Shown piece after piece: positions 28,001-38,122 of a stretch of DNA of 64,000 bases. A program made the translations under genes and the position numbers. The stretch's first letter is position 1, and each line of letters begins with the position of its first letter. The DNA comes from Myxococcales bacterium (lineage in GTDB: Bacteria; Myxococcota_A; Polyangia; Polyangiales; Polyangiaceae), in contig JAYTOU010000003.1 of assembly GCA_043747615.1 (NCBI GenBank), positions 96,001-160,000 on the forward strand, written 5' to 3'. The notes beneath the pieces are model-generated. The model worked only from the letters and a program-made list of their open reading frames with translations. It was not told the origin of the DNA and did not search any database.

Positions 28001-28606
28001 AACGTCGTTCGTAGCTACGAGCGGCAAACCTAGTTTACGCGCGTTCTCAATGAGAATTTCGTTGAGAATGGGCTGCTCGACCAATCCATGATCTTGCAGC
28101 TCCACAAACAGATTTCCTGGCTCGAAGATGTCTTTGAGCTGCGCCATGGTCGTCAGGCCCGCGGCCCCGCCCTCCTCGAGGATCCGCTGCGAGGCGAGTC
28201 CCCCCATGCAGCCGGTCATCGCCACGAGCCCCTTCGCGTGTGACGCGACGTCCTCGAGGGACACGCAAGGAACGCCGGCGGGACCGGTGGGGTCGGGCGC
28301 GACGTGTCCGCGAGAGACCAGCCAGACCAAGTTTTTGTAGCCCTCGAGGGACGCAGCGAGGAGCGGCAAGTGCCGGCTCTTTCCCTGCTCGGCGACCTCG
28401 ATCTCGCAGCCGAGGACGGGCTGGACCCCCGCCTCCTTGGCCGCCTTGTAAAAGGTGATCGCCCCGAACATGTTGCCGTGGTCGGTCACGGCGACGGCCT
28501 TCATTCCTCCAGCCGCCACGCGCTTCACCAGGTCTTTGACCTTCACCGCGCCGTCGAGCATCGAATACTGCGTGTGAACGTGGAGATGGGCGAATTCCGA
28601 AGGCAT
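25007..28606 (-). CDS. dnaE: DNA polymerase III alpha subunit
   Basis: PHP 'HLHVHTQYS', 'GPGRGSGAGS', 'FERFLNPERVSMPDFDIDF', 'KFDFLGL', 'YGFNKSHS'. Confidence 0.98.
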   Translation of the reverse strand: MPSEFAHLHVHTQYSMLDGAVKVKDLVKRVAAGGMKAVAVTDHGNMFGAITFYKAAKEAGVQPVLGCEIEVAEQGKSRHLPLLAASLEGYKNLVWLVSRGHVAPDPTGPAGVPCVSLEDVASHAKGLVAMTGCMGGLASQRILEEGGAAGLTTMAQLKDIFEPGNLFVELQDHGLVEQPILNEILIENARKLGLPLVATNDVHYASRDDAEAHLYLSCIKSGRSYAEAKERHHGSSEMFLKSPDEMRSLFSAFPEALSNTLAIAERCAIKLKLGEPMLPSFTVPAGFDTDGYFRHIAREGLTSRFEEFALTGKSVDSGAYRARLEMELDVICKMKFPGYFLIVWDFIRYAKDNGVPVGPGRGSGAGSIVAYAMRITDLDPIPYNLLFERFLNPERVSMPDFDIDFCMDRRDQVIAYVQKKYGETSVGQIATFAELKAKSVLKDVARCMGITPIEAQAIANLIPRKTPAETYTIAESLLVEPKLKARYETEPLTKELLVQAEKLEGLTRHAGKHAAGIVISEGPLWDHVPCFKDDKGGGYVTQYYKDDVELAGLVKFDFLGLKTLTVLDVATRLINARPDFVRQKKTFDLTKIPLTDKLTYVLLGSGETKGVFQIESSGMQQLFKDLRADCFEDIVAAVALYRPGPLGAGMVTNFVNRKNGREPIGKMHALVDELLMPTYGVVVYQEQVMQIAQLLAGYTLGGADLLRRAMGKKKPEEMAKQKDIFLEGAKSKGVDAEDAARIFGLLEFFAGYGFNKSHSAAYALITYQTAYLKAHYPVELLCAIMTSDRDKIEKVVRTIADARAMGVTVLPPDINESDTDFKVVFTHPDGNKKLTSREKVKDVLGPQVRFGLGAVRGVGGAALETLFEARASGGPFVDLFDFAARVDAKKINRSVLEALVQCGAFDTTFAKQGVTRARAFASIDVALERSRAASRDRERGQTSLFGLFDAGATAVTVSLSAGDYPQCEPWDRREMLVRERQSLGFYVSGHPLERYLKGGGALARIDARQCADCAGMPDWTVVRLAGMVEGYREKILREGGGKLAFFELEDLSGRVNVKVRGREIESFAQLLTSGEPVLITGKVSFPRRDEDASSEDEQEANREPTIFLNAVESLSGAVVKGEHRLAIRLHADRTKSTDLTQMRDLFSARRGQCPVTLYLTMHDGAEVVMQLGKDFRVEVGDPLLAGLERVFGEQVAELR

Positions 28607-28717
28607 GCAGCTGAACGAGGTACCCTAGGAAACGACCTTGCTCAACCCTGGGCCGCCGCGTAGCTTACTCGGGTCGGATCTTTGGGCCGTTTCAGGACTT
28701 TTTGGAGGAATTACCAT

Positions 28718-29830
28718 ATGAAGCTTGCACGTATTTTCGGGCTCATGAGCGTTGGAATTGCCGCCGGCGGCATCGTTCTTTTTCAGGGGTGCTCCTCCGC
28801 GAGCCCTGCTGCCGATCCGACGGGCAACGGTAAGCCCCCCACAAGGCCCGCCTCCGCCAAGCCGACCACGGCGACGACCGAGCACAACTTCGCGATCTCC
28901 CAGCTCCTCCTCGGCGACGCACCGCGTGGCCCGGGCGCAGCGCAGAGCAGCACGGCCTGGAAAAAGTTCGGGTACAACATCGACGGCAAGGTCTCGACCG
29001 GCAAGTCGACCGACGTCTGTAAGGTCTCGAACAGCGGCTCGAAATCGGTCCACGACAACGGCGACCACGGCATCGACAACTCGTTCGGCGCGAACATCCT
29101 GCCGATCGTTTTGCAGACGGCAGGCGCAGACGGTCCCTCGAAGATCAGCACGGCGATCACCGATGGCAAGTTCACGATCATGTTCGACGTGGTCGGCCTC
29201 GACGACACCGCCACGCAGACCAACTCCGGCATCTCGGCGCAGGTCCTCGCCGGCGGCGCATTCGACCCGATGGCCATGACCAAGCCCACCTTTACGGTGG
29301 CCGATAACTGGCCCGTTCGCCCGGAGCTCTTGAGCGTGGCGACGGATCCGAAGAGCTCGAAGGTCAAGTTCGGCGACGCCTACGTCGTCAACGGCACCTT
29401 CGTAAACGCCGACCCTGGGAGCGCAACGAGCGACATCACCATCGCCCTCTCGTTCTCGGGCGTCGCCCTTTCGCTCACCATCCACAAGGCGATCGTGACC
29501 TTCGACCACACCCAGGCCGGCCTCGCAGACAACGGCACCATCGCCGGCGTCATCGGAACGGAAGAGCTCATCACTGGGCTGAAGGCCGTCGCCGGGCGCA
29601 TCTCCCCCACGCTCTGCACGGGCACCGCGTTCGACGGCATCGCCGGCCAGATCAAGCAGGCCTCGGACATCATGGCCGACGGCACGCAGAGCGCCGACCA
29701 GACGTGCAACGGCATCTCGATCGGTCTCGGCTTCGTCGCCAAGCAGATCGGAAACCCTTCCAAGGTCGGAAGCCTGGGAACGCCGGCGCCCGACCCCTGC
29801 ATGTCCCCCGCAGACGGCGGCACCGACTGA
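28718..29830 (+). CDS. Hypothetical lipoprotein (myxobacterial type)
   Basis: GGAGG SD, lipobox FQGC, 'GYNIDG', 'DGDHGIDN'-like acidic motifs, strong codon bias. Confidence 0.85.
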   Translation: MKLARIFGLMSVGIAAGGIVLFQGCSSASPAADPTGNGKPPTRPASAKPTTATTEHNFAISQLLLGDAPRGPGAAQSSTAWKKFGYNIDGKVSTGKSTDVCKVSNSGSKSVHDNGDHGIDNSFGANILPIVLQTAGADGPSKISTAITDGKFTIMFDVVGLDDTATQTNSGISAQVLAGGAFDPMAMTKPTFTVADNWPVRPELLSVATDPKSSKVKFGDAYVVNGTFVNADPGSATSDITIALSFSGVALSLTIHKAIVTFDHTQAGLADNGTIAGVIGTEELITGLKAVAGRISPTLCTGTAFDGIAGQIKQASDIMADGTQSADQTCNGISIGLGFVAKQIGNPSKVGSLGTPAPDPCMSPADGGTD

Positions 29831-29861
29831 TCGTCAGCTAGCCTGACGACGATCCTGCGAC

Positions 29862-29892
29862 AGGGCGCGGAGCTACAAGCTTTGCGCCTTTC
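29862..29892. terminator. Probable intrinsic terminator hairpin between convergent genes
   Basis: GGCGCGGAGCT-ACA-AGCTTTGCGCC stem followed by TTT; second small hairpin TCGTCAG/CTGACGA at 29831-29849. Confidence 0.6.
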
Positions 29893-29904
29893 GCGTTTAA
29901 CCCA

Positions 29905-31434
29905 TCAGGACTTTTTTGCGCGGGCGATGACGTGAGGGGCAAGGTGAAGCGCCATCGCGTAGATGCCGATCTGCGGAGGACCGCCGATGCTCGTCGGAAA
30001 GAGCGAGCCGTCGCTCACGAACAGACCGCGGACCTGATGATGCTCCCCCGTAGAGCCGACCACGCTGCGCTTCGGATCCTCTCCCATTCGCATCGTTCCC
30101 ATCGGATGCACGGCGCTCAGTGGCACGCCGTGGGGACGAACGAATCGGGTGTCGAGTGCGTCGACCTCACGCTCGCTGGTCATCCGCACCGGAGGGATCG
30201 CGGGAATGACTACCTCCTTCGCACCTGCGGCGAAGAGAATGCGCGCGGACGCCACGAGGCCCTTCGCGAGCTGCACGCGATCGCTCTCAGTGAGCTCGTA
30301 GTGAAGGCTCGGGAGGCCGTCGTCGGACACCGTGACCCGGCCTTCGGTCTCGTCGTGGACCATCGCGGTGAGCACGGCGAGCCGAGAATAATCACGCATC
30401 TGGCGCATGTGAGCGGCGCCGAAACCGGGGAGCGTTGACGCCGTTCCGACGGGGTGTGCGAAGGCGGGAACGATCCACACGCGGCGATCGCTCCCCTCTT
30501 CGAACGACAGATGTTCGGTGCACTCGTACGACTGAGGAATGCCGTAGTGGCTGGCGAGAACGTGATCGAAGCGCCCCGCGACGACGGCCCCTGGATGCAT
30601 GCGGAGCGCGCGTCCGGTCTGGGCAAATGGATCAGGCATCCCGCTCGCGATGGCCAGCGCCGGCGAACCGACCGCGCTCGCCGCGAGCACGACCACCCGC
30701 GCCCTTAGTTTCAGCCTTCCCTGAGGCTCGCCGCTCTTGTCGAGGAAAACCGCCTCGACCCCCGTGACGCGATCGCCCTCGAAGGTGATCTTCTCGGCGC
30801 GCGTGTCGGCGTAAACGTTCGCCCCAGCCTCGAGAGCTTGGGGGACGACGACCTTCAACGCATTTTGTTTTGCGTCGTAGGCGCAGCCGAGCTCGCAGAA
30901 GCCGCTTAGCTGGCAGCCGATGCGATTGTGCTTGAGCGGCCCGCCCTTCCAGCCGAGCGCCTCGATGCCGATCCTGAGGGCTTCGTTGTTCGGATTGCGG
31001 AGCGCGGAGGGAATTTCGCTGACCGACAAATCGGCTTCAATCCGCTCGAAATCGCCGCGCATCTCGGCGGGAGACACGCCTTCGACGCCGTAGCGCGCGC
31101 CCCAGGCCACGAGAATTTCGTCGGGGATGCGCTTGCAGAGGTTGGTGTTGTGAACGGTGCTCCCGCCGATCCCTCGCCCCTGCAGAACGCGAATCGCAAG
31201 GTCATCGGTCGCGCGCCCTCCCATCTCCTGGAAGAGAAGCGGGAACATCTGCTCCTCGCGCTGAGTGAAGTCGCTCGACGTGTGGTGGCCGCCCTCCTCG
31301 AGGCCAACCACGTTTGCGCCTGCGCGCGCGAGCTCACGGAGGGCGATCGCTCCGCCGGCGCCGGTGCCGATAACGACCGCGTCGACGTCGAGGGTGACAT
31401 CGCCGCGAAGATCTCGACCCTTGAGGATGGTCAT
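29905..31434 (-). CDS. GMC family FAD-dependent oxidoreductase
   Basis: GTGAGG FAD motif, 'GRGIGGSTVHN', 'CQLSGFCELGC', 'HPMGT', 'DGSLFPT'. Confidence 0.92.
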   Translation of the reverse strand: MTILKGRDLRGDVTLDVDAVVIGTGAGGAIALRELARAGANVVGLEEGGHHTSSDFTQREEQMFPLLFQEMGGRATDDLAIRVLQGRGIGGSTVHNTNLCKRIPDEILVAWGARYGVEGVSPAEMRGDFERIEADLSVSEIPSALRNPNNEALRIGIEALGWKGGPLKHNRIGCQLSGFCELGCAYDAKQNALKVVVPQALEAGANVYADTRAEKITFEGDRVTGVEAVFLDKSGEPQGRLKLRARVVVLAASAVGSPALAIASGMPDPFAQTGRALRMHPGAVVAGRFDHVLASHYGIPQSYECTEHLSFEEGSDRRVWIVPAFAHPVGTASTLPGFGAAHMRQMRDYSRLAVLTAMVHDETEGRVTVSDDGLPSLHYELTESDRVQLAKGLVASARILFAAGAKEVVIPAIPPVRMTSEREVDALDTRFVRPHGVPLSAVHPMGTMRMGEDPKRSVVGSTGEHHQVRGLFVSDGSLFPTSIGGPPQIGIYAMALHLAPHVIARAKKS

Positions 31435-31985
31435 TCCCACCAGCCACGCTCCGGCCGCAAGACCATGGGTCCGGCGTAGTTGAGAATTTTCCAGGTGCGC
31501 GGATCACGGTAATAACCCATGAAAACGAGCGCCTTCAGCCCCTCGAAGCCCCCACGCAAGAGATCCTGATCGCTCGACTCGAGCGACGCGAGGACGCGAT
31601 CTTGGTCGCCCGGAGAGAGCCGCGTGAAGCGCGCGGCGAGGTTGAGGCGCAACGGGGCGAGGTGTTCGACGTACGCGAAGAGGCGACCGAGATCCTTTTT
31701 TTTCGTGGGCGGAAGGCGCGCGAGGTAGCCGTCAATGAAGCCGGCCACGTCCACGGCGTCGGTCGTTGGGATCTTCGGGTCATCGATGTCGGCAGCGGCG
31801 ATCCGGCGCGCGGCGTGCTGCAAGAAGACGAACTGCCACGGCGACAGAGTGACGAGCCTGGCGCGGACCGAATCCGAAACTTGGTACCCGCCGGTCCTGA
31901 AAAACGCGACGATGGTGCCCGCCGCGACCACGGTCCCGCCGAACACAGCGAAAAAACGCCTCCGCGTGAGCGTTGGTTTCTGCAC
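31431..31985 (-). CDS. Gluconate 2-dehydrogenase subunit 3-like protein with twin-arginine signal
   Basis: 'LTRRRFF' plus hydrophobic stretch, 'FTRLSPGDQDRVL', 'MGYY...Y.GP'; start 31985 or 32012. Confidence 0.75.
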   Translation of the reverse strand: MQKPTLTRRRFFAVFGGTVVAAGTIVAFFRTGGYQVSDSVRARLVTLSPWQFVFLQHAARRIAAADIDDPKIPTTDAVDVAGFIDGYLARLPPTKKKDLGRLFAYVEHLAPLRLNLAARFTRLSPGDQDRVLASLESSDQDLLRGGFEGLKALVFMGYYRDPRTWKILNYAGPMVLRPERGWWE

Positions 31986-32046
31986 GGGTGAAACGTACGA
32001 CAGAAAACTCATTGCGAGTGGCAACGTTCGGAGAGATTCTTTGGGT

Positions 32047-32679
32047 GTGCACATCTTCGGCCTCACCGGGGGGCTCGCCTCGGGAAAAAGCGCCGTGGCA
32101 GCACGGCTGCGCGTGCGGGGCGTGCCGGTGATCGACGCCGATCTCTTGGCCCGAGAGGTCGTGGCGAAGGGCTCTGGTGGGCTCCACGAGATCGTGAAGT
32201 TCTTCGGCCCCACTGTCCTCGATGCCGAGGGTGCGCTCGATCGGCACGCGCTTGCAGCACTGGTGTTCTCCGACGAAACAAAGCGAAGAGCCCTGAACGC
32301 CATCACCCATCCGCGAATCGCCGCGCTGGGAACGGAACGCGCACAGGAATTTGCGTCACGCGGCGAGCCGCTTGCGGGCTACGAAGCCGCACTGCTCGTG
32401 GAGAGCGGCTTGCAGAGCGCTTTTCGCCCGCTGGTGGTGGTCGCTGCGCCGCTCGAGGTCCAGCTCGCTCGGGCCATGGCTCGCGACGGAAGCGACGAAG
32501 AAGAAGCGCGCTCCCGTCTCGCAGCGCAGATGCCGCTCCCTGCGAAAATCGCCGCAGCGGATTTCGTCATCGAGAACGAGTCAACGCTCGCGGCGCTCGG
32601 CAGGCGAACCGACGAGGTGCTCGGCGAAATTTGCGCGAAGCTTGGCATCGATCCTGCGCGCTATCCGGAGCTTCAATGA
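32047..32679 (+). CDS. coaE: Dephospho-CoA kinase
   Basis: 'GLTGGLASGKS', 'IDAD', 'LNAITHPRI', 'AQMP'. Confidence 0.95.
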   Translation: MHIFGLTGGLASGKSAVAARLRVRGVPVIDADLLAREVVAKGSGGLHEIVKFFGPTVLDAEGALDRHALAALVFSDETKRRALNAITHPRIAALGTERAQEFASRGEPLAGYEAALLVESGLQSAFRPLVVVAAPLEVQLARAMARDGSDEEEARSRLAAQMPLPAKIAAADFVIENESTLAALGRRTDEVLGEICAKLGIDPARYPELQ

Positions 32680-33382
32680 CCCGCGGCTCGGTGCACTTCA
32701 TCGGATCGACGGAGGGCTCCGCGGGAGGCAAGATGCTCGCGCGCGCTCTGTCATCGGCTGGCGCACGCGCGTCCGGTGCGCCGAAGATTGCCGTGTCGTT
32801 CGCCCCGGTGGCCGGGAGCCCGGAAGCCCTCAAATACATGGGCGATCGCACGCTGAAGCTCTTTGCGGGCAAAGGCACCGTTACCCGATTTTGCCTCGCA
32901 GGCGAAGCCGACGCCGACCCCGTACGAGCCAAGGCGATCGTCGACGAAGCGGACCTCATCTTCTTCAGCGGTGGGGATCCGGTCGTCGGCGCCCACATCC
33001 TTCGCGAGAGCGGCGCCGACGCCTGGGTTCGTGAAGCACGCGAGCGTGGAGCGACCTTCGCTGGGATCAGCGCTGGAGCGATCTTGCTCGGCGCGTCCTG
33101 GGCCTCATGGCCTGACGAGCATCCTCCGAACGCACCGTTCGACGGCGGGATGCTCATTGCGTGCGCCAGCGTCGTCGACGATCTGGTGGTCGATTGCCAC
33201 GGCGAAGAAGACGACTGGAACGAGTTGAAGCTGGTGGCCGCGATGCTCCGTGCCCGCTCGACCGAAGGTGCTGCTGAGCCACGGCTCCGGGGTATTCCTA
33301 CCCGTGGAGGCCTCATCGTAGGCCCCGATAACGCCCTCGAAATCGTCGGGGACGAGGCGTTCGTCCCGGGATTCTCGCGTTC

Positions 33383-33386
<4 letters not shown>
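32676..33386 (+). CDS. Peptidase S51 (PepE/cyanophycinase-like) family protein
   Basis: 'ADLIFFSGGD', nucleophile elbow 'GISAGA', 'VDCH'. Confidence 0.75.
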
Positions 33387-34825
<1,439 letters not shown>

Positions 34826-34857
34826 CTCGCGCCTCGGAGACCCGCGCGGCAACTGCG

Positions 34858-35520
34858 CTACGGTGGGTTCTCCTCGCCGACCGCGGCGATCTTGAATTTT
34901 CCGGACTCGCGGCGGAGCAGGAACGTCACCGCGTCCGGGAAAAAGCGCTCCCCCGCGATGATCGGCGCCATCACCGAGACGCGCACCAGCGCTTCACCGC
35001 GCTGCATTTCCGCGGGGCGTGGCGGCGTGCTCGTCGAGGACAGATCGTCGAACTCGAAGCGCTCCGCGCGATCGAGCCGCACGACCTCGACCCCTGCGAT
35101 CTTCGCGTAGCCGAGCTTACCCATGCGCTCTTCCCAGCGCTTGATCATTGCCGTCCGTCCCACGCCCGGTGCACCCGCATCGAGCGACAGGGCGTCGAGC
35201 GTGAGCAGCTGCTGAAGGCTCCCGAGGTCCTCGTGCTCGAACGCTTCGAAGTAGCTTCGCACGACGTCGCGCACCGCCTCTTCACTGAAGGGCTCTCGGA
35301 GCGACACGACCCCGCGCGCCCTGGCGTGCTCGCTGGGAGCGGGCAATGCCGCCGTCGGCTCAATGACGACACCATCGGGGCGACGGGGCGTCTTCGGGAG
35401 CTCGACGGCCGTCGTCGTTGCCGCCGGGCCACCGCACGCGGAGAGGGCGCCGACAAGAAGAGCGCGGCTAAAGCAGCTCGGTTTTCGGATCGTTGCCACG
35501 CGAGAGCGTGACGATCGCAC
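34858..35520 (-). CDS. Hypothetical lipoprotein, possibly NTF2-like
   Basis: Lipobox LSAC, 'VVRSYFEAFEHED', C-terminal 'LRRESGKFKI'; start uncertain. Confidence 0.7.
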   Translation of the reverse strand: MRSSRSRVATIRKPSCFSRALLVGALSACGGPAATTTAVELPKTPRRPDGVVIEPTAALPAPSEHARARGVVSLREPFSEEAVRDVVRSYFEAFEHEDLGSLQQLLTLDALSLDAGAPGVGRTAMIKRWEERMGKLGYAKIAGVEVVRLDRAERFEFDDLSSTSTPPRPAEMQRGEALVRVSVMAPIIAGERFFPDAVTFLLRRESGKFKIAAVGEENPP

Positions 35521-36298
35521 GATCGGGAACCTTGTTCCAGTGCGCGCCCGGATCCTCGTCGAAATCGCTGGCGATCAGGGCGAAACGCATCTGCGCGAGC
35601 TCGGGGGCTTTCCTGCGAAGCTGGGCGTCGTCGCCGATGATCGCGTCGGCGTCGTCTTTACCGGCGAAGACCCGGATGGCCATGGTCTCGCTGCGATGCA
35701 TTGCGATCAGGTCCTCTCCGTTCGTAAGTAGAAGGTTGATGGCCACGGGCTCACCGCCGACTTCGGCCGTCATTGCATCTAGCACGGCGACCGTCGACCG
35801 GACGGCGTCTCTCACCACGGAATCGGGAACGCTGTGATCATTGAGACGCCCCGCGTCGTGCAGGAAAGAGAGAAACACGTGGAAGACTATCTCGGAGTCC
35901 GTCTCGCCGCGAATGTCGCCACGCAAGAACTCGGGAACGCTCGCGACGAGGCGATCGCGGATGGCGTCGAATTGAACCACCGTGCCGGTCTGCGCGAAGA
36001 GCCACTGACGGTAACGAAACGGATGGGTATTTTCCGTGCGAAGCGTGCCGACCGTCGCGGAGCGAACGTGCCCGACGATGATGTCGGCGCGGACATCCTC
36101 GGCGCTCTTCGCCGCGTCGATCTCACCGCGCTCGTCGATGGGCCTCCGGCGCATCAGCACTTCGCCGCCTTGATAGAACCCAATTCCCCAGCCGAGGGGC
36201 GTGCCTCGCGACCGCACCCGCAAAGCTTTTTCCTCGGACAGGAGCAGTCGCCCCGCGAGGTCGGCTCTGTTTCCGATTAGTCCGAACAGGCGTGCCAT
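35468..36298 (-). CDS. Class II glutamine amidotransferase-like protein (YafJ/EgtC-like)
   Basis: 'GWGIGFY', 'HVRSATVG', 'NTHPF', 'GETDSE'; start MARLFG has Ala rather than the usual catalytic Cys2. Confidence 0.85.
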   Translation of the reverse strand: MARLFGLIGNRADLAGRLLLSEEKALRVRSRGTPLGWGIGFYQGGEVLMRRRPIDERGEIDAAKSAEDVRADIIVGHVRSATVGTLRTENTHPFRYRQWLFAQTGTVVQFDAIRDRLVASVPEFLRGDIRGETDSEIVFHVFLSFLHDAGRLNDHSVPDSVVRDAVRSTVAVLDAMTAEVGGEPVAINLLLTNGEDLIAMHRSETMAIRVFAGKDDADAIIGDDAQLRRKAPELAQMRFALIASDFDEDPGAHWNKVPDRAIVTLSRGNDPKTELL

Positions 36299-36369
36299 GG
36301 TCGTTCCCTCTCTACCGAAGCTACCGAGGCCAGCTACGAGCCAGAGGCGAGCACGCTGCTCGACTCCCC

Positions 36370-36417
36370 CCATTCACCTTACGAACCATTCACCTTACGA
36401 ACCATTCACCTTACGAA
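36370..36417. repeat. Perfect tandem repeat (CCATTCACCTTACGAA) x3
   Basis: Copies at 36370-36385, 36386-36401, 36402-36417. Confidence 0.97.
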
Positions 36418-36865
36418 TTTGATTCGCCCTTGCGCTACTTTCGCACGCGAATAGGTAGGACATCTGCTGACTCCTCCGAGGCGCCGTCGACACCCGGCTA
36501 CGCATTACCGCTCCTGACCGCTCCTGCGAACCGGGTGCCGTCCCCATACCAATAAGTCGAAACCGCGTTTGTTCAACCCTCCCACAAGGGGAGAGCGAGC
36601 ATGAACGACCTAATATTCCTCACTGGCTGGGTCTCGAGGGAGGGATTCGCTGCGCCCGAGCGTATGCCAGAGCGCCTCGCCTCGCCGATCCGATCGTTAG
36701 AATCCTGTCGCGCGCACTTCCACCCTGCATCGATTGTTGGCGCACGAAGGGTCGAGGGAGTTTCTAGAATGCCAATTTCAGCTGAGTTTCGCACGGCATC
36801 ATCGTTGCTCTCGCAGAGGACACATTGATGGAGCCGCACCCGCCACTTCCAGTCTTGGAGTCGAA

Positions 36866-37327
36866 ATGAAACCCGCTCGCGAAGTCGATGATCAGGCCAG
36901 TACGATCCCCACGGTCCGTCCCGGCGCGCAGGACCGTCCCTCTGGCGTGCGTGTCACCCCTGCGGACGGTATCTCGCGGCCCGGTGTGCGTTCTGCTCCG
37001 ACACCGATTGCTACGCTGTCGGTTGGTCCGCTTCGGCCCATCCGCGATCTGCTCGAGCGCTTCGATGCCGGCGATTACCTAGGTGCGCTCGCGTTGGCCG
37101 ACGCCGTGCTCGACCCTACGGCAACGCCGGTTCTCACGCTTCCGCGCGAAGACTCTCTCGCGCACAGCCTCGATGCGAGCTACGCGCTCGTCCTCTCTCT
37201 CGTGGATGGACAGAGAACACTCGAGGACGTGCTCGGAGCGAGCGAGCTTCCGATGCTCGACGCGCTCCGCGTAATGTGCGAGCTCGTCGAAGAGGGTCAC
37301 GTCTTTTTCGCGGACCAGACCGTCTGA
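36866..37327 (+). CDS. Hypothetical protein with winged-helix-like C-terminus
   Basis: GGAG SD; 'LSLVDGQRTLEDVL...ALRVMCELVEEG' resembles the C-terminal module of the DUF4388 protein. Confidence 0.7.
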   Translation: MKPAREVDDQASTIPTVRPGAQDRPSGVRVTPADGISRPGVRSAPTPIATLSVGPLRPIRDLLERFDAGDYLGALALADAVLDPTATPVLTLPREDSLAHSLDASYALVLSLVDGQRTLEDVLGASELPMLDALRVMCELVEEGHVFFADQTV

Positions 37328-38122
37328 CTATTTTCCGACCGGTGGAACGATGAAGGGGACCACGTGCTCGCGTGATTCGAAGCTCGTGCGGTAGCCAGCT
37401 GCCTCGTGCTGGGTCTTGAAGGGCCCGACGCGAACTCGGTACCACGTGCCGCGGCCGTTCACGTGCGCCTCGAGGACGTATGATTTGTGTCCGCGCGCAC
37501 GAAGCTGGTCACTGAACTGGTTGGCCTCGGCTTGAGAGCGAAATGAGCTCACTTGGAGCTGGTAGCCGCCGTCGTGCCCAGCAGCAGCCGCAGGCGCGCC
37601 GGCGACGTTCACCTGCGCCGAGTCGGTCGCCGCGAGGGTGAGAGCATCGCGCGGACGGGTGAGGACAGGCGACGCGTTGAGCACGTTTTGCGCCGGGAGC
37701 GCCACCACCGGAAGCTTGTCACCTGCGGGCGGCGGGTCCACCGGGACGACGACGGAAGTCGCGGATTCGAGCGGAGACGCGACGGACGCGGCCACGTTCG
37801 CGCGCACGGCAGCGAGCGCGGTGGTCGGGTGCTCGCCATCGCTCAGGATGCCGGGAAATGTAACGTCGCGCGCGCTGAGGTCGGTCGGCTTGGCTCCTCC
37901 GGCTGGGCGGGCGCGCTGGGCGACGAGATCCCCCAGCGGATCGACCCTCACCTGAGGCTGCGTCTTGTGCCCAGTGAGCGCCAACGTGGCGAAGACGACG
38001 CACGCGCCGCCGAGGGCGAGGAGCGCGAACGCCATTCCCTTCGGTGTCGACGGAGCAGTATCCGTCTCTTGAATCTGCTCGAGGTTCCTCAACGCGCCTT
38101 GATCGATCATCTGGCCTCTCAT
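37328..38122 (-). CDS. SPOR domain membrane protein
   Basis: TM helix, low-complexity linker, 'YQLQVSSF...WYRVRVGPF'; ATGA overlap with argS. Confidence 0.9.
   Translation of the reverse strand: MRGQMIDQGALRNLEQIQETDTAPSTPKGMAFALLALGGACVVFATLALTGHKTQPQVRVDPLGDLVAQRARPAGGAKPTDLSARDVTFPGILSDGEHPTTALAAVRANVAASVASPLESATSVVVPVDPPPAGDKLPVVALPAQNVLNASPVLTRPRDALTLAATDSAQVNVAGAPAAAAGHDGGYQLQVSSFRSQAEANQFSDQLRARGHKSYVLEAHVNGRGTWYRVRVGPFKTQHEAAGYRTSFESREHVVPFIVPPVGK

Noticed and set aside
25007..28606. Intein or split in dnaE
   Set aside because: Length (1199 aa) and motif order are ordinary
36370..36417. Possible CRISPR array
   Set aside because: Units are contiguous 16-mers with no spacers, and there are no cas genes in the window
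36495..36530. SRP RNA-like 'GGTCAGG...AGCC' on the minus strand
   Set aside because: Lacks the paired stem, GNRA loop and AGCAG of SRP domain IV
36605..36640. Minus-strand 'CAGTGAGGAATATT' resembling a 16S rRNA segment
   Set aside because: Only ~14 nt match; flanking conserved 16S sequence is absent
36601..36828. 75-aa ORF with a good SD
   Set aside because: Many AT-ending codons atypical for this genome and no recognisable features; left uncalled
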